From: Thermoproteota archaeon
GTDB lineage: Archaea > Thermoproteota > Thermoprotei_A > Sulfolobales > Ignisphaeraceae
Length of the DNA: 63,166 nucleotides
NCBI GenBank assembly: GCA_013154235.1
Contig: JAADCV010000100.1
Location: 1 to 63,166, forward strand
Direction of reading: 5' to 3'
Positions within the stretch are counted from its first letter, which is position 1, and every line of letters starts with the position of its first letter. The notes under the pieces are model-generated. The model made no database searches, was not told where the DNA came from, and saw nothing but the letters and a program-made list of their open reading frames with translations. The position numbers and the translations under genes were made by a program. This document shows positions 56,157 to 63,166 of the stretch, in pieces.

Positions 56157-57446
56157 TTAAATCTGCTTCTGGACGTATACAACGTCTAGCTCGAGACACA
56201 CCGCCTTAGTATTTAGAACCTCGCTGAAGCTAGGAGTTGTCCTACCATCGTCACCGGAGATGAGCTCCTTTATGTATAGCCCTCCCTCAGCCTTTATCAG
56301 CGCCTCAAAGAGATTGCTATCCAACCTCATAGCTCTAACAGATATCACTTTCCTCCTTCTTAGAGCCTCTCTCTTCCTACGGAGAACTCTCTTAGGTGTC
56401 CACTGCTCAACAACTCTCCCCCGGAAGAAGCTCTCTAGCATAGATAGATCCTCTTCACTAACGCTTCTCTCTGTAAGGACGAGCGCTCGATATATCTTAT
56501 AGCCCCTACTACCCTTGACGTTCGCCACGACCTCTCGTCTAACGCTCATCTCGAGCTCGAAGCCTAGCCAGGGGCTGAAGCTGTTTATCTTTTCCTCTAC
56601 GATCCTCAGGTCAACGCTATGATCCAGCGCTCTGTGGATCTCTAGAACAAACGGTCTGCCGCTGCCAAGCATCCTAACATCGACATCCTCTCTGCCACCA
56701 CCGTGAAACACAGCTTTATCGCCTCTCGCTACCTCTGCTGCTGCTTGAAGAGCATCCTCTATAGCGAGAGGATATCTTCGCGATCCATCTTTTTCGATCC
56801 ACGGTACCTGAGATATTCTTCTACCAAGTTTCCAGTACGTTCCTAGAATGAGTAGGGAGGGCACCTCTACACGAACGCTCATAGTGTTCATGTCTAGGAT
56901 TATTGTTACGCAGGGGTTCTCAAAGTCTGGTTTAAAGCCATACCTATCACGCACAGCCTTACCTATAACTCTCTTTAGCTCGCTTCTCACGCTCTCCCAC
57001 GTTGTTAATCCAGTAGCTCTAGCAACCTCCTTCTCCTTCTCAACGATATCAGATGGTGGAACAACTCCAACAAGAAACCTATCTACACCTAGCTCGCACA
57101 GCTTCTCCTTAACTGCCTCCACGCCCCATTCTATCAAGTGCTCCAACCTGTTTCCGCATATGTAGCAATTCCCCGCGCCCGCCTCCGCAGAGATCCCTAG
57201 AGTCTCGAGAACCCTCCTAACCTCATCGCAACTCTTAGCCACGTCCTTTACATCATCAACGCTTACAGTACCGGCGGACAAAGCTTGATGAATCTCCATA
57301 GCTAGGCACGTCTTTATCGCTCTGCCGCGCTCTGCGTTATCAAATCCCTTGCCTAGCTGTGCAAACAGTCTCCCTAAGCATCTATCGCATAGAGGGTAGC
57401 GCCTAAGCACCTCCAGAGCCTTGCCAAGTACCCAGCAGAGCTCCAT
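56157..57446 (-). CDS. pus10: tRNA pseudouridine 54/55 synthase Pus10
   Basis: LCDRCLGR, CYIC, GREDVDVRMLGSGRPF, GGLYIKELISGD.GRT.PS. Confidence 0.95.
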   Translation of the reverse strand: MELCWVLGKALEVLRRYPLCDRCLGRLFAQLGKGFDNAERGRAIKTCLAMEIHQALSAGTVSVDDVKDVAKSCDEVRRVLETLGISAEAGAGNCYICGNRLEHLIEWGVEAVKEKLCELGVDRFLVGVVPPSDIVEKEKEVARATGLTTWESVRSELKRVIGKAVRDRYGFKPDFENPCVTIILDMNTMSVRVEVPSLLILGTYWKLGRRISQVPWIEKDGSRRYPLAIEDALQAAAEVARGDKAVFHGGGREDVDVRMLGSGRPFVLEIHRALDHSVDLRIVEEKINSFSPWLGFELEMSVRREVVANVKGSRGYKIYRALVLTERSVSEEDLSMLESFFRGRVVEQWTPKRVLRRKREALRRRKVISVRAMRLDSNLFEALIKAEGGLYIKELISGDDGRTTPSFSEVLNTKAVCLELDVVYVQKQI

Positions 57447-57453
57447 GGATTCC

Positions 57454-58806
57454 CTAGCCCTCTGTGTCTAGCTTTGACAAGTCTATTCCTAGCCTCCTTA
57501 GGAATCCGCGACGCTTGATATTCTTTATCATATGCCTAACCATATCGTAGTACTTCAGAAGCTCCTTAACGTCTTCAGGGCTCGTTCCTGAACCTCTAGC
57601 TATCCGGATAACTCTACGCCTATCAATTATGCTTGGATTCCTAAGCTCCTCGTAAGACATCGAATCCAGTATCGCTAGCCACTTACGCATCTTCTCCTCG
57701 CTAAGCTTCACCTGACTCTCATCTATCGGAAGAAGCGAGAATCCCGGTATTAGTTGCAGAAGCTTTGATAGGGGGCCTAGCTTACGCATAGACTTTAGCT
57801 GCACGTATAGGTCAGCTAGCGTTATCTTACCGGATGCTATGGCTCTACGGAACCTCTTCTCTAGCTCTTCGCGATGCTCAAGCTCCTTGAGCCTCTCTAT
57901 TAGCGCAGGCAGATCGCCAAAGCCTAGGAGCCTTCCTACGAATCTCCTAGGCTCGAATACCTCTATCTCCGGTATTTTCTCTCCAACACCAATGAACTTT
58001 ATCTGCGCACCCGTAGCTGCAACCGCTGATAGCGCCCCACCACCCTTTGCCGTTCCGTCAAGCTTCGTTATAGCTATTGATCCTATTGGCGTGAACTCAT
58101 GGAACCTCTTCGCTAGATCAAAAGCTTTTTGACCCATCGAAGCGTCTATTATCATCATTATCTCGTCGGGCTTTACGGCATCGGCTATAGCCTTCATCTC
58201 CTCTAAGAGCGCTTGTTCAGACCCATACCCATGCCTTCCCGCAGTATCAACTATGATTATGTCGCTACCCCTCGATATACACCAGTCGATGCACCTCCTA
58301 GCTATGTCTACAGGATCCTTAGACTTTGGATCTCCGCACATGGGAACATCTATCTGCTTAGCTAGCTGCGCAAGTTGATCGTAGGCTGCGGGCCGGTAAG
58401 TATCGGTGCATATTAGACATGGTCTGTACTTGTACCTCTTGTAGAAGTAAGCTATCTTCGCAGCTGTAGTTGTTTTGCCAGAACCCTGAACCCCCACAAG
58501 CATTATCACGTAGGGCGTCTTGCTAGGGAAGACCTGCGGCTTTCTATCACCACCAAAAAGCTGTGAGAGCTCATCGTAAACTATCTTCACGAACCACTCG
58601 CGCTTAGATACGTAGGCTGGCGGCCTCTCCTTAAGGGCTCGCTCACGAATCCTCTTGCTGAGCTCTAGAACAAGCTTCACGTTTACATCGGCGCGCAGCA
58701 GCGACTTTTGAAGCTCTTTAACGAAGTTCTCTACCGCTACCTCGTAAGGCTGCTTACCTTTGATGAACTCTGCGAGCGCCTTTCTAACACTATCCAAAAA
58801 CTTCAT
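57454..58806 (-). CDS. srp54: Signal recognition particle protein SRP54
   Basis: GVQGSGKTTT, DTAGR, TKLDG.AKGGG, M domain RIARGSG. Confidence 0.97.
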   Translation of the reverse strand: MKFLDSVRKALAEFIKGKQPYEVAVENFVKELQKSLLRADVNVKLVLELSKRIRERALKERPPAYVSKREWFVKIVYDELSQLFGGDRKPQVFPSKTPYVIMLVGVQGSGKTTTAAKIAYFYKRYKYRPCLICTDTYRPAAYDQLAQLAKQIDVPMCGDPKSKDPVDIARRCIDWCISRGSDIIIVDTAGRHGYGSEQALLEEMKAIADAVKPDEIMMIIDASMGQKAFDLAKRFHEFTPIGSIAITKLDGTAKGGGALSAVAATGAQIKFIGVGEKIPEIEVFEPRRFVGRLLGFGDLPALIERLKELEHREELEKRFRRAIASGKITLADLYVQLKSMRKLGPLSKLLQLIPGFSLLPIDESQVKLSEEKMRKWLAILDSMSYEELRNPSIIDRRRVIRIARGSGTSPEDVKELLKYYDMVRHMIKNIKRRGFLRRLGIDLSKLDTEG

Positions 58807-58832
58807 GGTTTTAATCTCGCCCAGCGCATACT

Positions 58833-59231
58833 TTACTCGCGAACCCTAACTATCAGCTTTCTCCCCATAACAACCCAGTACTCTACCTCCTTACCTGGCG
58901 CTAGCTTGTCAGCGATAGCTGGATCGCTAGGCTTCTCTACTTCGAAAGTCTCGTAGGTTTCTAGATCCATTATCTGCACTAGGTTATCGTACATAGCTGT
59001 CACTTGCCCAACCTTCTTCTCTATTATCGGAACCTCTACCCGCTGGTCGACAGGCCCAACGAGAGTCTTTCTGGATCCGCTGAACATCCCTATAGCCACT
59101 AGATGAACCTTAGCACTACCGTGCTTACCGGTCTTAGCCTTAGAGATCTCCACTACTCTACAAGGCTCTCCATCTATAACTACGTAGCTACCCTCCTTCA
59201 GCTCACCCAGCTCCGCGTAGGTTATACTCAT
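58833..59231 (-). CDS. eif5a: Translation factor aIF-5A
   Basis: [10 protein letters not shown] hypusine motif. Confidence 0.97.
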   Translation of the reverse strand: MSITYAELGELKEGSYVVIDGEPCRVVEISKAKTGKHGSAKVHLVAIGMFSGSRKTLVGPVDQRVEVPIIEKKVGQVTAMYDNLVQIMDLETYETFEVEKPSDPAIADKLAPGKEVEYWVVMGRKLIVRVRE

Positions 59232-59297
59232 ACAAATCCACCCTCAAAGCAATGGTTTACAACGAGATAAAAGAGTTGTTGGAGCTCGACAACTACG

Positions 59298-59681
59298 GTG
59301 GCAGCTGTGGTAAGCATAGACTCTATAGAGGCTAGAGCTAGGGAGATGCTCCGCTCTAAAGAGCTCGATAAGATGGAGGTATACTACCTAGTAGAGACGC
59401 TATTCACCGAGTTGGGAGAGGCCATAGGATCCAAGCAAAGCAAGGAGGCTGCAAAGAGGGGAGCGTGGAACGTAGAACTCTTAGACGATGCCGTTGACTC
59501 CATAGTGGATGCGCTAGGAGGCAGCTACGCAGTTCTAGATCTATGGGAATCTGCTTGGGAGCTAAGGGTAGGTAATGGAGATGCTGCTGCAACTCTCGAG
59601 AAGCTCATAAATGTTATAGATCTAGTAAGACGCAAGAGAATAGGAAAGGGAGCCAGGCCAAGGAACTCGAGAAGACGCTAA
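59298..59681 (+). CDS. Hypothetical protein
   Basis: 127 aa helical ORF. Confidence 0.6.
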   Translation: MAAVVSIDSIEARAREMLRSKELDKMEVYYLVETLFTELGEAIGSKQSKEAAKRGAWNVELLDDAVDSIVDALGGSYAVLDLWESAWELRVGNGDAAATLEKLINVIDLVRRKRIGKGARPRNSRRR

Positions 59682-59890
59682 ACGAGTCTCCTTCTTCTCC
59701 TTCTCACAATCTCTATAACGTTCTTCAAGCCCTTCCTGCTAGCTGCTGAGACTCGAAACTCTACTATCCTCCCGTTAGAGTCTAGTCCAACCTCAATGTC
59801 ATCCGATATGGGTACGTAGGTCTGCGGAGCCTCAAAACCAACCTTTATTATCAGTGTATCGATGTCAGGGCGATAGTCTATCGATGACAT
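59678..59890 (-). CDS. DUF2283-like small protein
   Basis: IDY.PDIDTL.I, LDSNGRIVEF. Confidence 0.7.
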   Translation of the reverse strand: MSSIDYRPDIDTLIIKVGFEAPQTYVPISDDIEVGLDSNGRIVEFRVSAASRKGLKNVIEIVRRRRRRLV

Positions 59891-59967
59891 GCTGATCCCA
59901 CTTGCTCTAGCTCTTTCAAGAGCAATACCTTATAAGTAGGGTGGTTCCTATACCCCTTGTGGGAATC

Positions 59968-60300
59968 ATGCGGTTCTGCCCTAAGTGCGGATCAATAATG
60001 GTTGTGGATAGAAGCAAAGGCGTACTGAGATGCCCTAGGTGCGGCTACACTATGGATAGCAAGGGTGGGCTGGTGCTGTCAAAGTCTATAACCCACAGCG
60101 TTAAGGAGAAGACCGTTGTAGTGGATGCATCAACTGCGAGCGTGCCTCCGGGAGCCGTGCTGCTGAAGGGGGAGGTGCGCTGCCCTAAGTGTGGTCACGA
60201 TGAGGTGTATGCGTGGCAGATGCAGACCAGGGCTGCCGACGAGCCTCCGACAACGTTCTACAAGTGTGCCAAGTGCGGTCATACGTGGAGGGAGTACTGA
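59968..60300 (+). CDS. tfs: Transcription cleavage factor TFS (RpoM family)
   Basis: MRFCPKCG start at ATG 59968; QTRAADEP acidic hairpin; two zinc ribbons. Confidence 0.93.
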   Translation: MRFCPKCGSIMVVDRSKGVLRCPRCGYTMDSKGGLVLSKSITHSVKEKTVVVDASTASVPPGAVLLKGEVRCPKCGHDEVYAWQMQTRAADEPPTTFYKCAKCGHTWREY

Positions 60301-60331
60301 AGTAGAAGAGTTGAAAAATGTTTTGGTTCCT

Positions 60332-61099
60332 TCAGCCTTTGAGATCGCGTATTATGACTTCTGCAACCCTTTTGCCCGATAGCAGCATACCGCTGAATAT
60401 GGGTCCCATCCTGGGCAATCCGTGTAGCTCAGCTACAGCCATCCCCGTAGCGTAGAGCCCTGGAACCACCTTCCCTGTATACTTAACCACGAGCTCCTCT
60501 CCACGAGCAGCGTCCATCGGTCCCGCTCCGCGCGGGTTCACTCCGAGTTCGGGAACCTTCTTACTAACTATCCTTATGATTGATGCGTCGTGCCCCGTCG
60601 CGTCCACTACAGCTCTAGTCATTATGCTCAGCGGATCTACGTGAAGCCCAGATATGTGTATCGCTGACCACTGAACAACTATTCCAGCTATCCGCAGAGG
60701 ATTTGTTCTGACTACGACGTCCTCTACGGAGGCGCCGAGCAGAATCTTCGCTCCGCTAGATATCGCCCCTGACGCGAGCTTCGCTATAAGCTCCGATGCA
60801 TCAGTAACTAGCAGCCCGTTGCGCTCGCTGTACCTAACACCAAAGTCGTCCAGAATGCTCTTAGCTTCCTTGAGCGACACAACCTTGTGGAACAGCATTC
60901 CTCCTCCTCCTATCCCTCCACCGAAGCTAAGCTTACGCTCCACGATGAGCACCTTGAGCCCAGCTTCCGCTAGATACTTAGCTGCAGTCATTCCGGAAGG
61001 ACCGGCTCCAACTATCGCAACGTCTACGCTGCTCAGCTCCGAGAGCTCTTTCGATGCCTCCTCAATAATGGTTCTCGTTATCAGCGCATCGAGCTCCAT
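60332..61099 (-). CDS. thi4: Sulfide-dependent thiazole synthase Thi4 (His-type)
   Basis: GAGPSG, GGG.GGG, GLHVDP (His, not Cys), DATGHDA, PRMGPIF.GM. Confidence 0.93.
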   Translation of the reverse strand: MELDALITRTIIEEASKELSELSSVDVAIVGAGPSGMTAAKYLAEAGLKVLIVERKLSFGGGIGGGGMLFHKVVSLKEAKSILDDFGVRYSERNGLLVTDASELIAKLASGAISSGAKILLGASVEDVVVRTNPLRIAGIVVQWSAIHISGLHVDPLSIMTRAVVDATGHDASIIRIVSKKVPELGVNPRGAGPMDAARGEELVVKYTGKVVPGLYATGMAVAELHGLPRMGPIFSGMLLSGKRVAEVIIRDLKG

Positions 61100-61117
61100 T
61101 GCAGATCGCCGAGCTAC

Positions 61118-61723
61118 CTATCTATGCGAGGGCTTAAGTTTAGCGGGTTGAAACAGGAGTAGCGACCTCTCGTCTCTAATAAGCCTACCTATGTCGAAAA
61201 CGTTGAGTATCGCAACATCGAGGAGCCTACCCATGTTCTTAGCGCGCTCAACACCATCCCTATCCAGCACCGCAACTCCAACACCGATGACAGAACCATC
61301 GCGTCCGTCAACAACCGCTACATAGCTACCTACCCGTACGGGCTCGCGGATACGCAGAACCGATGCAACAAGAACATCGTTTCCATAGAGAAACGCCTTA
61401 ACTCCCTGCTCTCCGATCTCCACAGCACACTTGTATTCGTACCCAATTCTCTTCAGCTCGTCGAATAGCCATGGACTAGGAACGAACCCTCCCCTAGATA
61501 GCCAGCCAGCAATTACTCCGCTAGCCACAGCTTTTGCAAGGATTGCCAGAGGGGCTCTCTTTGCGAGGCTCTTCTTCACGAGCATCACTGCCGTGCCTTT
61601 TGAGTACCTCAGGACCTCGTATCTCGTCAGCAGCTCGTGAAAAGCCTCATCGCCGTAGCACCTAGACACAAAGCTGCGAAGCGCTCTGAGCTCAGTTGGC
61701 CTAGCTTTGCTCAGCACGTGCAT
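61118..61723 (-). CDS. PUA-domain (Nip7-like) protein
   Basis: AFLYGNDV, IG.G, DIG..IR. Confidence 0.75.
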   Translation of the reverse strand: MHVLSKARPTELRALRSFVSRCYGDEAFHELLTRYEVLRYSKGTAVMLVKKSLAKRAPLAILAKAVASGVIAGWLSRGGFVPSPWLFDELKRIGYEYKCAVEIGEQGVKAFLYGNDVLVASVLRIREPVRVGSYVAVVDGRDGSVIGVGVAVLDRDGVERAKNMGRLLDVAILNVFDIGRLIRDERSLLLFQPAKLKPSHR

Positions 61724-61800
61724 AATATCATCACTTCTCAGAGCCGGTGGAGGCTCATCACCTTTGTAGGCCTGCCGCAGCGCTGTATCTAGGGTACAGC

Positions 61801-62433
61801 TTGCTAGACGCCTTAATCACTGATCTAGATGGCACTCTGGCTAGGCTCCCTATAGACTGGGAGAGGTTCTATAGCTTGATGAGAGAAGAGCTCGGCAAGG
61901 AGATGAAGTTTCTCGAGTTCCTATCGAGGTTCCATGCAACACCCATCTTCTGGCGCCTGCATAAGGCGCTGGAGCTTCTAGAGCTCGAGGCGTGTGAGAA
62001 TATGGAGGTTTACAGCGATGCTAAAGCATTTCTCGAAGAGGCTCAGGGCCTAGCCGAGCGGCTAGTTATAGTAACTATGCAAAGCGCCTCAGCCTGCCTT
62101 AGAGCTTTGGAGAAGCTAGGCCTTGAAGATAGGGTCTGCATGTGTGTATCGAGAGAGGTTGCTCCCACAAGGCTAAAACAGCTCGCTTACGTAATTCATA
62201 GCCTAGGTCTAGATCCTAGAAAAACCCTTTTCGTAGGTGATAAGGTTATAGACGGCTTTGCCGCTTCATACAACGGGCTGAGTACTGTAGTGGTTCTTCG
62301 GAACCCGCGATGTAGAGCAGTGAGCGATACCGATGATATAATTGAGGATCTGCTAAGCGCTGGGGTAGTCGTAGTCGAATCCCTTGAGCAGGCTATCCCC
62401 ATAGTTAAAAGACTTGCACAGCGGACTATCTAA
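61801..62433 (+). CDS. HAD-superfamily hydrolase
   Basis: DLDGTL, VT, FVGD...D; TTG start approximate. Confidence 0.85.
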   Translation: MLDALITDLDGTLARLPIDWERFYSLMREELGKEMKFLEFLSRFHATPIFWRLHKALELLELEACENMEVYSDAKAFLEEAQGLAERLVIVTMQSASACLRALEKLGLEDRVCMCVSREVAPTRLKQLAYVIHSLGLDPRKTLFVGDKVIDGFAASYNGLSTVVVLRNPRCRAVSDTDDIIEDLLSAGVVVVESLEQAIPIVKRLAQRTI

Positions 62434-62512
62434 GCATCTTCGCAGATATCCTTCATCTATATATCGCCCCACTCTAAGTAGTGTCCTAGGATTCGTACTA
62501 GAGGTAGTAACC

Positions 62513-62983
62513 ATGGAGGCATGCATTACTAAGGGAGTTAGTCCGCTAGTCTCCGCAATAATACTGACTCTCATAGTTCTAGGTGTAGGCGCCTACATAG
62601 TTGCCTACGCAATAACGAGCTTCAACTCTATGGTTCAGAGAATAAAGTTTAGCAACCAGAGGGTACTGTATCAAGTGTCTCAAGACCTAGCGATTCTAGC
62701 TGCCTACATAAACTCCTCGGCGTTACCAACAAAGCTCTACGTACTTGCTGCAACCGGGGGCTCGCCAGCGAAGCTCTTAGCTATATACGTCGACAACCAG
62801 CCGTACAACTCGCAGTGCTTAGTATCCGTCGATGGCTCGACCCCTACACTCATACCGAAGGAAGGCATTTACATACCTCCGCAGTCCTTCGTATCGATAA
62901 CGTGTCCAGCACCCGGCAAGACAGCTACCGTAACCCTCGTTTATGAGGGTGGAGAGGTGACTGTGCATGCAAGCGCCATCTAG
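62513..62983 (+). CDS. Type IV pilin-like protein (class III signal peptide)
   Basis: TKG|VSPLVSAIIL + hydrophobic helix; GAGGT SD before ATG 62513. Confidence 0.82.
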   Translation: MEACITKGVSPLVSAIILTLIVLGVGAYIVAYAITSFNSMVQRIKFSNQRVLYQVSQDLAILAAYINSSALPTKLYVLAATGGSPAKLLAIYVDNQPYNSQCLVSVDGSTPTLIPKEGIYIPPQSFVSITCPAPGKTATVTLVYEGGEVTVHASAI

Positions 62984-63166
62984 AGCTGGCATAAGCACCG
63001 TAGTAGGAATGGTGCTCTTCGTACTGATAGCAATAGCGCTACTAGCAACAATATACATCGTATTCAACAACATGATGACTACCATCAACAAAGTAATGAA
63101 TCTAGCAACCTATAGGATAACTGAGTCAGAGCTAGCTAACTCGATCACTGGATGGTGGAGCCTCCA
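62967..63166 (+). CDS. Second pilin-like protein, 3'-partial (absent from ORF track)
   Basis: GAGGTGA SD; MQAPSRAG|ISTVVGMVLFVLIAIALL; frame open to window end. Confidence 0.7.
   Translation, partial: MQAPSRAGISTVVGMVLFVLIAIALLATIYIVFNNMMTTINKVMNLATYRITESELANSITGWWSL

Noticed and set aside
1304..63091. Many long antisense ORFs in the track (e.g. 5454-6086, 7631-8308, 18827-19480, 30960-31613, 40892-41557)
   Set aside because: Ser/Leu/Thr-rich shadows of well-supported genes on the opposite strand; no motifs.
1..63166. Mobile elements, integrases, cas genes, inteins, rRNA/tRNA genes
   Set aside because: No transposase, integrase or cas motifs, terminal repeats, oversize inserts or cloverleafs seen.

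Overview
Gene-dense archaeal chromosomal segment. Its content (Rpo4/Rpo11, Csl4, single-OB-fold SSB, ThermoDBP-RP, Alba-like, eL21, uL16, aIF5A, SRP54, Pus10, GGTGA-type Shine-Dalgarno sites) points to a thermophilic Thermoproteota/Crenarchaeota host, probably Desulfurococcales-like (inference). The right end holds the conserved information-processing superoperon. The rest carries DtxR/FeoB iron uptake, an NfeD/stomatin pair, a sugar-catabolic operon, an egghead-like GT2, ACD alpha, a K+ channel, MoaA, GlnA, Thi4 and pilins. I saw no tRNA, rRNA, CRISPR or IS element. Signals missing from the ORF track: (1) about 10 box C/D guide sRNAs, one with a guide nearly identical to eukaryotic U18 and one aimed at tRNA D-loops; (2) two genes whose conserved N-termini appear to start at an SD-preceded ACG codon; (3) a radical SAM + DUF134 + three small Trp/Tyr/Pro-rich low-complexity genes next to feoB; (4) a head-to-head pair of kptA (eraser) and an ArkI-like kinase (writer) with a degenerate catalytic loop; (5) an eL21 with a long helical C-terminal extension. 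All family calls come from motif recognition by eye, without database searches.
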